From the NCBI GenBank assembly GCA_034658635.1, contig JAYEFL010000334.1:1-60831 (forward strand): 60,831 nt of DNA. Reading direction: 5' to 3'. A program made the position numbers and the translations under genes. The notes below the pieces were generated by a model, which worked only from the letters and a program-made list of their open reading frames with translations, ran no database searches and was not told the origin of the DNA. The stretch comes from Bacteroidota bacterium (GTDB taxonomy: Bacteria > Bacteroidota > Bacteroidia > Bacteroidales > UBA12481). Shown here in pieces: positions 1 to 8,980 of this stretch (positions are counted from its first letter, which is position 1; every line of letters begins with the position of its first letter).

Positions 1-381
<381 letters not shown>

Positions 382-464
382 TACACAGTAAGAATTTTAT
401 AAACTTATAGGTTTTTTTTCCGATATGTCAATCTTATTGGTGCCCTTTATTGGGCCATGATCTT

Positions 465-575
<111 letters not shown>

Positions 576-581
576 TTTTAT

Positions 582-612
582 AAGCCCTGATTCATTTGAG
601 TCAGGGCTTTTT
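582..612 (+). terminator. Rho-independent terminator of the rRNA operon
   Basis: AAGCCCTGATTCA-TT-TGAGTCAGGGCTT hairpin followed by a T run directly after 5S. Confidence 0.85.
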
Positions 613-613
613 G

Positions 614-621
614 TATATTTG
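614..621 (+). promoter_or_regulatory. Bacteroidota primary-sigma -7 box (TAnnTTTG)
   Basis: TATATTTG 10 nt before ATG 632. The same motif occurs at 9865, 32830, 35957, 37320, 41410, 44100, 49879, 50178, 53686 (+) and before nadC and the M16 peptidase (-). Confidence 0.75.
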
Positions 622-631
622 CCTCTGGCTA

Positions 632-2509
632 ATGAAAATATTTCCTAAATTATATTTTATTCTCTTTATACTGACTTTCAGCCTTATGGCTGCCGGACAA
701 ACTGAACTCAATCAGCCGGTAAGAACTAGTTATGACTTACTGAATAGAGAAACGGATACTCTCACAATTGATACCCTAACCGCAGGTTCACAGATATATC
801 ATCCACTATATAAATCATTCCCTTCATGGCACGAATTAGGTAATCTTGGGTTTCCTGCTTTGGCAACTAAATGGAGTGGAATCAGTAAACTGAATGAGCC
901 TTTTTATCTTCAAACTCTGAGCCAATATGCTAATCCGAAAAATGAACTGATTCAATATCAGTCAAAATCGCCCTACTCCCTTCTGAATTACACGTCAGGA
1001 GGAACACAAGACATTAACGGGCAATTCATTCGTGCTGTTTTTTCTCGCCCGGTTGTTCCAGGTATCAGGTTTACTGCATTACTTGATTTTGTAAACTCCC
1101 CGGGGCACTACAAAGGGCAAAATGCTAATCAATCATCATTCTCAGTTAATCTGGATGTTCAAAAAGAAAGGTACTTTCTTAAAGTGGGAGTAGAGACCTT
1201 AAAATTCAATCTTGGCGAAAATGGTGGCATTCTAAATCCGTCTGGTCTTGCTGATGCTTATGCCAAAACAGATGTGCAGGTATCTCTTAATAACGCGGCT
1301 TCAAGCACCTCATGGACCATTATTCAAGGCAGGCAGGAGTATGATATATTTGCATCTCCTGTGCAGGATTCCACTGATAGCGTGTCCTATATTAATCCCT
1401 ATATTATTAAGGCTAAGCCAAAGCTGTTTCATCATTTTAATTATCAGTTATCTAAAAGACTATATAAAGATGCTCAGAGTTCAGCCAACACTTTTTATAC
1501 TGACTATCTGCTTAATGATAATCAGGCCCAGGATTCACTTGGCTTTAATAGCTTTAATAACCGCTTAGGTATCTTACATTCAGGTTTGTACGGTGATTCT
1601 GCTCAGTGGATGGCCCAGGCAGGCGTATTCCATGTTCTGTCACTTTGGTATGCCAATGAATTGTCTGGTAACTTTCAGCAATTCGGAATTTTTGGAAATG
1701 GTCAGATAGAAAATGAAATATGGAGAGCTTCTCTAAATGCTAAATTGCAGCTATTAGGATATGGAGTTGGGAGTTATGAATTAGATTTCACTGTAAACAG
1801 AAAAGAGCCATCGGAAGCCTGGGATCTGAGTTTTGGCGTATCTTCAAAAATGGAACAACCATCTATGTTCTTTCAGATCTTTTCAGGAAATCATGATAGA
1901 TGGTTAAAAAAGATGAGGAATCAGCAGGAGCAGAGTGTACAATTCAATGTTAAGCAAAACATATGGAATTTGTCAGCAGGAGGAGGTGTGAACCTGATTA
2001 GCTCCTGGGTCTATTTTGATTTGCTTGCCAAGCCACAACAAGCAGAATCCTCAACGATTCTGGGCTCTGCATTTCTAGAGAAGTTCTTCCAGGCAGGTCC
2101 TTTCAGATCAAAAAACATGATTCTGGTTCAATACACTCCTGCCAAAGAAATTCCATTGCCTCTTGTAGTGGCATCCACCTCAACATATATGCATCATGAT
2201 CTTTTGTTTCCTAAAACCAATGGTAAGCTTGAGATTGAATACGGACTGGATCTCAGATATTGCACTTCATACCAAGGGTATGCATACAGGCCTTCAACCG
2301 GAGCCTTTCATTTGCAGGATCAGCAAAAAATGGGAAACTACCCATATTTGGATATCTTCCTGATATTGCGTGTAAAAAGAACCAGGGTATTCGTGAAGTG
2401 GGAACATGTAAATGCTGGCTTTACAGGAGATAATTTCTTTCCTGTTTTAAATTATCCGCTTAAGGAAAGGTTTTTAAAGTATGGAGTATACTGGCATTTC
2501 TATGATTGA
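632..2509 (+). CDS. Putative outer-membrane porin (Porin_10-like)
   Basis: Signal peptide, NLGxP and ENGGI motifs, C-terminal GNYPYLDIF...YGVYWHFYD. Start moved from 596 (inside the terminator) to in-frame ATG 632. Confidence 0.75.
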   Translation: MKIFPKLYFILFILTFSLMAAGQTELNQPVRTSYDLLNRETDTLTIDTLTAGSQIYHPLYKSFPSWHELGNLGFPALATKWSGISKLNEPFYLQTLSQYANPKNELIQYQSKSPYSLLNYTSGGTQDINGQFIRAVFSRPVVPGIRFTALLDFVNSPGHYKGQNANQSSFSVNLDVQKERYFLKVGVETLKFNLGENGGILNPSGLADAYAKTDVQVSLNNAASSTSWTIIQGRQEYDIFASPVQDSTDSVSYINPYIIKAKPKLFHHFNYQLSKRLYKDAQSSANTFYTDYLLNDNQAQDSLGFNSFNNRLGILHSGLYGDSAQWMAQAGVFHVLSLWYANELSGNFQQFGIFGNGQIENEIWRASLNAKLQLLGYGVGSYELDFTVNRKEPSEAWDLSFGVSSKMEQPSMFFQIFSGNHDRWLKKMRNQQEQSVQFNVKQNIWNLSAGGGVNLISSWVYFDLLAKPQQAESSTILGSAFLEKFFQAGPFRSKNMILVQYTPAKEIPLPLVVASTSTYMHHDLLFPKTNGKLEIEYGLDLRYCTSYQGYAYRPSTGAFHLQDQQKMGNYPYLDIFLILRVKRTRVFVKWEHVNAGFTGDNFFPVLNYPLKERFLKYGVYWHFYD

Positions 2510-3134
2510 TTTTTGTCCGGATAAAATCAGGGAAAAGCTAATTTTGGGCTTGCCCGGAGTTTCAGGCCAGCAAAAAATGGCTCCTTCTGTTCGTTTTTCG
2601 GGAGATCATCTGCCGGATCCGGAATTATCGCGTCAGAGTAGTGTTCTTATTCTTCTATTTCCTCAGAATGGAAGTTGGGGAACTGTACTTATTGAAAGAA
2701 CCTTGTTCGGACCGCATGCCGGACAAATATGTTTCCCGGGAGGAAAGCAGGATCATGATGATCAATCTGAATTATTAACTGCACTTAGGGAAGCAAATGA
2801 AGAAGTTGGCGTCAAACAGGATTCAATTAAGATTCTTGGGCAATTGTCTAAGCTTTTCGTGCCAAATAGCAATTTTTGGATCAGTCCGTTCATAGCCTGG
2901 GTAGATTTTGTGCCTGATTGGCAGCCTAATCCCTCTGAAGTGAAATCAATAATAACTGTAACCTTGCCTGATTTATTTGATGATTTAAATAAGAAGCGAA
3001 AAACTCTATCCAGAAACGGAGTGCATATTAATGCTCCGTACTATGATATTCATGGACACATGGTTTGGGGTGCAACGGCAATGATTATAAGTGAATTTGA
3101 AACTCTATTGAAGCGAAATACTCCTATTTCCTGA
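2502..3134 (+). CDS. NUDIX hydrolase, CoA pyrophosphatase (NudL-like)
   Basis: HAGQICFPGGK...ALREANEEVG Nudix box, NPSEV, VWGATA. Likely start ATG 2502 overlapping the porin end. Confidence 0.88.
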   Translation: MIDFCPDKIREKLILGLPGVSGQQKMAPSVRFSGDHLPDPELSRQSSVLILLFPQNGSWGTVLIERTLFGPHAGQICFPGGKQDHDDQSELLTALREANEEVGVKQDSIKILGQLSKLFVPNSNFWISPFIAWVDFVPDWQPNPSEVKSIITVTLPDLFDDLNKKRKTLSRNGVHINAPYYDIHGHMVWGATAMIISEFETLLKRNTPIS

Positions 3135-4509
3135 ATTCCCGAATAAATTCCTCAACCTCTGGCACTCCTCCCTGGTATACAAGATATCCATTGTATGGTT
3201 CGCGGCTTGTTATTTCATCATTTATCGGTGTAAGCATGATCTCCTTAACCTTATCCAAATCATCAGACTGGCCAAGAGCCCAACCAAGTTTAATAAATGC
3301 TGCTTCAGGAAGCATGTTTTCTAATGGAATAACTCCTTTAGCCATTAGTTCTCTTCCAGTTTCATAAACGAACATATGAACATAACCCCATATGGTTTGC
3401 AATGTCATGTATATCGCCACCCCTTTCTCTTTTGCTCGTTCAATGGCTGGATATAATTCTTTATTTACATGTCCTAGTCCTGTGCCAACAATGATTATCC
3501 CTTTGTATCCCAGGTCAACAAGAGAATCAATCGTATCCCGATGCATATGTGGGTAGAAGTAAATCATTGTCACACGATCTTCAAAAAAAGGATATATTTC
3601 TACATTTCTGTCTTTTCGACGGTGATTAAATTCTTTTTTCAGGGCTTTAACTTCTCCAACCTTTACTGTTGCAATGGGGATATCACCAATTGTTCTGAAA
3701 GTAGATCTGTATGAGGAATGCATTTTTCTAACCCTGGTTCCACGGTGCAGGAAAGCGTAATCATCAGAGGTTGGACCAAACATACAAACCATTACTTCAG
3801 CTATCTGCCCATGACCAGCTGCATAACAGGCGTGCATAAGGTTAAGAGCTGCATCAGAAGAGGGTCGGTCAGATGATCGTTGAGAGCCTACCAGAACAAT
3901 TGGTACGGGCGAGTTCTGAACCATAAATGACAGAGCATTGGCTGTGTGATGAAGGGTATCGGTTCCATGTCCTATGACAATTCCATCTACACCATTTTCA
4001 ATTTCCTTCCCTATGGCAATGGCTAAGGCTTTATATTGCTCCGGACCCATATTTTCAGAGAAAACAGCAAATACTTTTTCAGTGTTCAGATTGCAGATGT
4101 CTGCCAGCTCGGGTACTGCGCCATAAAGTTCTCCAGGAGAAAAGGCCGGGATAACAGCCCCTGTTCTATAATCGAGGCGACTGGCAATTGTTCCTCCTGT
4201 TCCAATAAGCTTAATTCTTGGCAGATTTTCTGTATAAGGGAATTCCTTTTCCGGAATTTTGTAATTGGCTTTGAAATAATCAATTTCCTTAATGGAAATA
4301 ATTGTGCTGACAGATATTCCTATATTATATCCGGTTTCTATTTTGATCACAATGTGAATCTCATCATCGTTTTCTGCTCTTGGAAGAACTGTTCCTTTGA
4401 ATTTTCCACGGCTGGTATCAAATTCCGCTAAGCCCCATACTCTGACATTGAACTTTTTCAGCATTTTCAGAGCTACTCCTCTATATCCTTGAAAAATATC
4501 TTCACTCAT
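3124..4509 (-). CDS. gatD: Glu-tRNA(Gln) amidotransferase subunit D (archaeal-type)
   Basis: GatD-specific N-terminal domain (GTVLPRAENDDEIHIVIKIETGYNIGI) plus type I asparaginase fold with TGGTIASRLDYRTGAV, HGTDT, GSQRSSDRPSSD, RKMHSS, GTGLGH. Confidence 0.95.
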   Translation of the reverse strand: MSEDIFQGYRGVALKMLKKFNVRVWGLAEFDTSRGKFKGTVLPRAENDDEIHIVIKIETGYNIGISVSTIISIKEIDYFKANYKIPEKEFPYTENLPRIKLIGTGGTIASRLDYRTGAVIPAFSPGELYGAVPELADICNLNTEKVFAVFSENMGPEQYKALAIAIGKEIENGVDGIVIGHGTDTLHHTANALSFMVQNSPVPIVLVGSQRSSDRPSSDAALNLMHACYAAGHGQIAEVMVCMFGPTSDDYAFLHRGTRVRKMHSSYRSTFRTIGDIPIATVKVGEVKALKKEFNHRRKDRNVEIYPFFEDRVTMIYFYPHMHRDTIDSLVDLGYKGIIIVGTGLGHVNKELYPAIERAKEKGVAIYMTLQTIWGYVHMFVYETGRELMAKGVIPLENMLPEAAFIKLGWALGQSDDLDKVKEIMLTPINDEITSREPYNGYLVYQGGVPEVEEFIREFRK

Positions 4510-6488
4510 TGTTTCTCAATTTTCTGTTGAACCAACTGACTTAATCCTGCCAGAGAAATATTTCCAAGAGCCTGATTTCTGATTTGTCCCATCAGCCAAT
4601 CCCGGGTTGCATTATCATCACCTGATTTTCGTATTTCTTTGAATTTTTCTAATAAAAACTCTACGGGAGCTAACAGTGTTTCCTGCTTCCTTTTCCTGAA
4701 TTTCAAACTAGTTAGAACCGAGGCCATATCCATGTTTGGATATTCCATTATAATGGGCAACATAGCTTTGGCTATCATTACGTCCATCTTTTGCTGAGTA
4801 ATAAATGAGAATAACTCGTATAATTGTTCATATGAGAAGTCACTATGAGGAAACCTCTGGCCTTCCTGATATTTCATGAAATGAGCCATGAAGATTCCCA
4901 GCCATTTTGGTGTGATATTAAAATCATTGTGTATGCGCTCTATTAATTGAACCAGGTTCTTTTTTAGAAGATAATGAAAAGTATCTGGTGGAATATCCCA
5001 GTTTTTCATCTGTTCATAACGTACGTGAATGTCAACCGGCATATTCTGACAGAGTTCTTCAATATAGTCTTCATTCAATGGGATAGGAGCTGAGTCAGTA
5101 TCCGGATACATCCTGTCAGCTCCTGGTAACACTCTTTCAAAAATTGTTGTTCCATCAGGTAAGCCTTTTCGGGTTTCACCAGGAACTCCTTCCAAAGCCA
5201 TAATGCATCTTTCTTCAATCGTAAGGAGAGCAGTTGGTATATCTGATTTTGGCCCCCAGAAAATTATTTGGGCATCTTTATCCTTAGCTGATAGTAATTC
5301 ACCTATCTCTTTGAAATTGATTCCTGTTTCCTCTATGTTGAAGGCCTCTGAACTGGTCATGTTTGGCTTTTCAATACATGCGATCACCTTAAGTCTGTCG
5401 CTGATCTCATTTGCAAAGCACTGTCCGGGCTGAGTGAAGTGAGAAAGAATTCCTGCAAATCCAGGAAGATTGACTGCATATATTTTTTCTCTGTCCTTTT
5501 TGGCCTGAACAATTGGGGGGTATTTACTCCCAAGTCTTTCAAAAGATAAAGGTACAGACTGGATGTTCCAATTATCGGGCAAGCAATTTCGCTTAATAAG
5601 TTTACCCCTGATAGCCAGCAGAGCAAACTGCCTGAAAGATTCATTGTGACTGAGAAGAGGAATCCACTTATTGTGGGCTACCCCCTTGATCTCAACTCTT
5701 GTTCCCCCGCTGCAACTCACGTTCACATCTTCTCGTCCACTTCCAATACCGGTTCTGACTTTCCCCGTGCTCCGGTTAAGGAACCGAATGTGTTCAGCTG
5801 CTTCTCTGAGTTCAAGAGGCGTCTCCATGTCTGGGTAGGTAACAGTCTCAATAAGAGGCATTCCCAGGCGGTCAGTTTTGTATATTCGGGTATGTCCAAT
5901 GTCAGAAATCTCACGGCAGGAATCCTCTTCCAGGCTTAATTGAATCAATCTGACTTTTTTATTTGATAGTTGAATTTCACCTTCAACTCCGATAATTGCT
6001 GTTCTCTGGAAACCGGTTGGTATGCTTCCATCCAAATATTGTTTCCTGGTAATATGAACTTCTCCAACAAGGTTCAGGTTGGATAAATGTGAAATCTGAA
6101 TTGCATAATCCAGAGCTTCACTGTTAATTATGAAGGGTGGGGTATCATCAATATCATAGGTACAGGCTGTTTGATTATTTAGTCTGTAAATGATTTCCTT
6201 TTTTGTACGGAACTCCATCAAAGCTGTACCATCGTATTCACCCATCTCTGAGAGAGTGGGACGCATATGCCGGATGATTTCTCCATCGAAATCTTCATTG
6301 TTATGATATATGCCGGCAGGGCAGTGGCAGAATAGTTTCTGCTCGGTTTTGAGTTGCTGATGAACTTCTAATCCGGATTTAAAACCTATTCTTTTCCAGT
6401 CTTTTAAGCTGGCTTTTTTAAAAGGAACGAAGCCTATGGCTTTACGGGTCCTTTCGTAATTATCTTTAGGATCTGGTGTTTTTTTCAT
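4506..6488 (-). CDS. gatE: Glu-tRNA(Gln) amidotransferase subunit E (archaeal-type)
   Basis: GLEVHQQL..KLFCxCP, RPTLSEMGEYD, DGS..GFQRT, LEEDS, DRLGMPLIE, RSTGKV..GIG..REDVNVS, RVEIKGV, a long central insert, and GVPGETR..LPDGTT..RVLPGADRMYPDTD. 660 aa, too long for GatB. ATGA overlap with gatD. Confidence 0.95.
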   Translation of the reverse strand: MKKTPDPKDNYERTRKAIGFVPFKKASLKDWKRIGFKSGLEVHQQLKTEQKLFCHCPAGIYHNNEDFDGEIIRHMRPTLSEMGEYDGTALMEFRTKKEIIYRLNNQTACTYDIDDTPPFIINSEALDYAIQISHLSNLNLVGEVHITRKQYLDGSIPTGFQRTAIIGVEGEIQLSNKKVRLIQLSLEEDSCREISDIGHTRIYKTDRLGMPLIETVTYPDMETPLELREAAEHIRFLNRSTGKVRTGIGSGREDVNVSCSGGTRVEIKGVAHNKWIPLLSHNESFRQFALLAIRGKLIKRNCLPDNWNIQSVPLSFERLGSKYPPIVQAKKDREKIYAVNLPGFAGILSHFTQPGQCFANEISDRLKVIACIEKPNMTSSEAFNIEETGINFKEIGELLSAKDKDAQIIFWGPKSDIPTALLTIEERCIMALEGVPGETRKGLPDGTTIFERVLPGADRMYPDTDSAPIPLNEDYIEELCQNMPVDIHVRYEQMKNWDIPPDTFHYLLKKNLVQLIERIHNDFNITPKWLGIFMAHFMKYQEGQRFPHSDFSYEQLYELFSFITQQKMDVMIAKAMLPIIMEYPNMDMASVLTSLKFRKRKQETLLAPVEFLLEKFKEIRKSGDDNATRDWLMGQIRNQALGNISLAGLSQLVQQKIEKQ

Positions 6489-6515
6489 GATGATGAGCGA
6501 AAAACGAGTCCGAAT

Positions 6516-7760
6516 TTAATCAAATTTTATTGTTTTTGCCGGACTGATTTTTGAGATAATTCCTGATGGGATTACCAGCATTACTAGCGTAATCAGTAGT
6601 GCTCCAAAATTTAGAAGAAGGATATGAATGGGATTCAGGTTGATAGGTACAGTGTCAACAAAATAGGATGCAGGATCAAGAGGAATTATTTTGAACCAAT
6701 CCTGGATAAGACAAATAGAAATGCCAAGCAGATTTCCGAGGAAAAGTCCAATGCTGATGATATATGCAGCCTGTATCAGGAATACTTTTTGCAGACTTCT
6801 GGTGCTGGCCCCTAGCGCTTTCAGGATGCCAATCATACTTGTGCGGTTAATAATAAGGATTAGTAAACCTGATACCATATTGAATCCGGATACCAAAATC
6901 ATAAGTGCCAGAATAACCCAAACGTTTGTATCGGTTAATTTCAGGAAATCAAAAAAACCGGCAGATATTTCCCTGACCGTCTGCACATCCAATCCATCTC
7001 CACCTTCAGCCAATTTGTTTACCGTTATCTCAGAGAGCTTTTCGGCAGTTGTTTCCAGATACTTATCATCAGAAAGAATAAGTTCATAACCTGTTATTTG
7101 CTTATCGTTCCAGCCACTAACTTTCTGGATGTGTCTAATGTCACAAAATACAATCAAGCGATCGAATTCTTCTAGTCCTGTACTATAAATTGCGCCAACC
7201 ACAAATGGACGGGCAGCCCGGGTCTCCGGGATAAAATAGGTTCGCATCCGGTCGCCAATTTTTAGCTTTAACAGAGAGGCAAGAGATTCAGATATGATAA
7301 CTTCATCAGAGATTGTAGAATCATTGAAGGGTTTTATTTCACCTGAAATCAGGAATCTGGATAGGAAATTGTAGTTGTATGAATCGTCAATTCCCTTAAG
7401 TACAATGCCTTGCAGCTCAGGTTTTGCGTTGATAATAGCTGCCTTTGTAGCAAACCTTTGGACATGGATAATTTCAGGGATTTCAGCGAATTGCTTTTCG
7501 AGATTATCGTCTGCATTGATTGGGGCTGTTTCAAAGGAAGTATTATTATCGAGGTTAACAACCTGAATGTGAGAACTAAAACCCACAAGTTTGGCAGTAA
7601 TTTCCTTCTTAAACCCAGTCAGAATTGCCACAGATAGTATCATTACTGTGAGACCCAAAGCAATTGCAATGATTGCAGTGCCCACCAATGGTTTGGTTTT
7701 ATTATTTTTGTTGGGCTTACTGGAAATTATTCTCTTAGCTATAAATAATTCGAAATTCAA
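6516..7760 (-). CDS. ABC transporter permease, LolC/E (FtsX/MacB) family
   Basis: MNFELFIAKR start, TM1 plus periplasmic domain, IGILKALGA motif, LDPASYFVDTVP, ISPAKTIKFD end. Confidence 0.9.
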   Translation of the reverse strand: MNFELFIAKRIISSKPNKNNKTKPLVGTAIIAIALGLTVMILSVAILTGFKKEITAKLVGFSSHIQVVNLDNNTSFETAPINADDNLEKQFAEIPEIIHVQRFATKAAIINAKPELQGIVLKGIDDSYNYNFLSRFLISGEIKPFNDSTISDEVIISESLASLLKLKIGDRMRTYFIPETRAARPFVVGAIYSTGLEEFDRLIVFCDIRHIQKVSGWNDKQITGYELILSDDKYLETTAEKLSEITVNKLAEGGDGLDVQTVREISAGFFDFLKLTDTNVWVILALMILVSGFNMVSGLLILIINRTSMIGILKALGASTRSLQKVFLIQAAYIISIGLFLGNLLGISICLIQDWFKIIPLDPASYFVDTVPINLNPIHILLLNFGALLITLVMLVIPSGIISKISPAKTIKFD

Positions 7761-7774
7761 ATACTCATATTTAG

Positions 7775-8980
7775 ATGTTGAACAAATGTACTAAACTAAG
7801 CGGGCTTTTTTTTGTGATTATGAGTTTGTCTGCCCATCTTTTTGCTCAGAATCCAGGTGTCATTCTTAAAAAACAACAAGTTATTTGTGGTGCTGACAGA
7901 ACGGATTCTTATTTACCGACACTCGCAGGCAAGCGGGTTGGACTTATCGGAAATAAGAGTTCTCAGGTTGGGCCGGTACACTTGCTGGATACTTTGTTGA
8001 GAAGTGGAATAGAGGTAGTCTCAGTTTTTTGTCCGGAACATGGTTTCCGTGGCGAGGGAGAGGCTGGGGAGAAGATAGATAATTACAATGATCCGCTTAC
8101 CGGGATCCCTGTAAAATCATTATATGGTTCTAATAAAAAGCCTGAAGCAGAGGATTTGAAGGGAATTGACATTCTTGTTTTTGACATTCAGGATGTTGGT
8201 GCAAGGTTTTACACTTATATCTCGACATTACATTACGCGATGGAGGCTGCTGCTGAAAATGGCATCCCGCTTATGATCTTTGATCGTCCAAACCCTAATG
8301 GTTTTTATGTTGATGGTCCGCTAAGACAGCCAGGGTTTGAATCATTTGTGGGCATGCACCCCGTTCCTGTAGTTCATGGCATGACGATTGGTGAGTATGG
8401 CGAAATGATCAATGGCGAGAAATGGTTGGCCAAGGGTATTCTTTGTGATCTGGAGGTTATTTCCTGTGATAATTATGATCACTCGACGGAATATCTCCTT
8501 CCTGTCAGACCATCACCTAATCTTCCTAACCAAATTTCCGTGTATTTGTATCCATCCCTATGCTTGTTTGAGGGAACAATTGTAAGTATTGGCAGGGGAA
8601 CCATATTTCCTTTTCAGGTCTACGGTCATCCTGAATATCATGGATCTTTCTGTTTTTCACCTGAACCAATCCCTGGAGCAAGCATGAATCCAAAATGGAA
8701 AAATACTTTATGTCAAGGAGTGGATTTGCGCGAAACAGGTCAATCATTGATCTTCAGTAATCCTGTATTACAGATTGAATGGCTAATAGATATTTATAAG
8801 GATTTAGATAAACCAGATAATTTTTTCACTTCATATTTTGATACTCTTGCTGGCTCTTCATCGTTAAGGGAAATGATAATCGAAGGTCAGACCGCTGAAG
8901 AAATTCGGCAGAGCTGGTCATCTGAGCTTTCTGAGTTTAGGAAAATACGACAGAAGTACTTGCTATATGCTGAGAATTAG
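7775..8980 (+). CDS. DUF1343 family exo-beta-N-acetylmuramidase (NamZ-like)
   Basis: PEHGFRG, SLYG, FDIQDVGARFYTY, DRPNP, HGMTIGE, PSPNLP, GRGT motifs. True start may be ATG 7820. Confidence 0.88.
   Translation: MLNKCTKLSGLFFVIMSLSAHLFAQNPGVILKKQQVICGADRTDSYLPTLAGKRVGLIGNKSSQVGPVHLLDTLLRSGIEVVSVFCPEHGFRGEGEAGEKIDNYNDPLTGIPVKSLYGSNKKPEAEDLKGIDILVFDIQDVGARFYTYISTLHYAMEAAAENGIPLMIFDRPNPNGFYVDGPLRQPGFESFVGMHPVPVVHGMTIGEYGEMINGEKWLAKGILCDLEVISCDNYDHSTEYLLPVRPSPNLPNQISVYLYPSLCLFEGTIVSIGRGTIFPFQVYGHPEYHGSFCFSPEPIPGASMNPKWKNTLCQGVDLRETGQSLIFSNPVLQIEWLIDIYKDLDKPDNFFTSYFDTLAGSSSLREMIIEGQTAEEIRQSWSSELSEFRKIRQKYLLYAEN

Noticed and set aside
596-631. Extended N-termini in the ORF track (also 19494, 37325, 44044, 53608)
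   Set aside because: They run through terminators or TAnnTTTG promoter boxes; downstream in-frame ATGs give family-typical starts.
3124-4509. Reading this gene as a plain L-asparaginase and its neighbour as GatB
   Set aside because: The GatD-specific N-domain, the SRLDYRTGAV and QRSSDRPSSD motifs, and the 660-aa partner with GatE-only motifs and insert do not fit AnsA or GatB.
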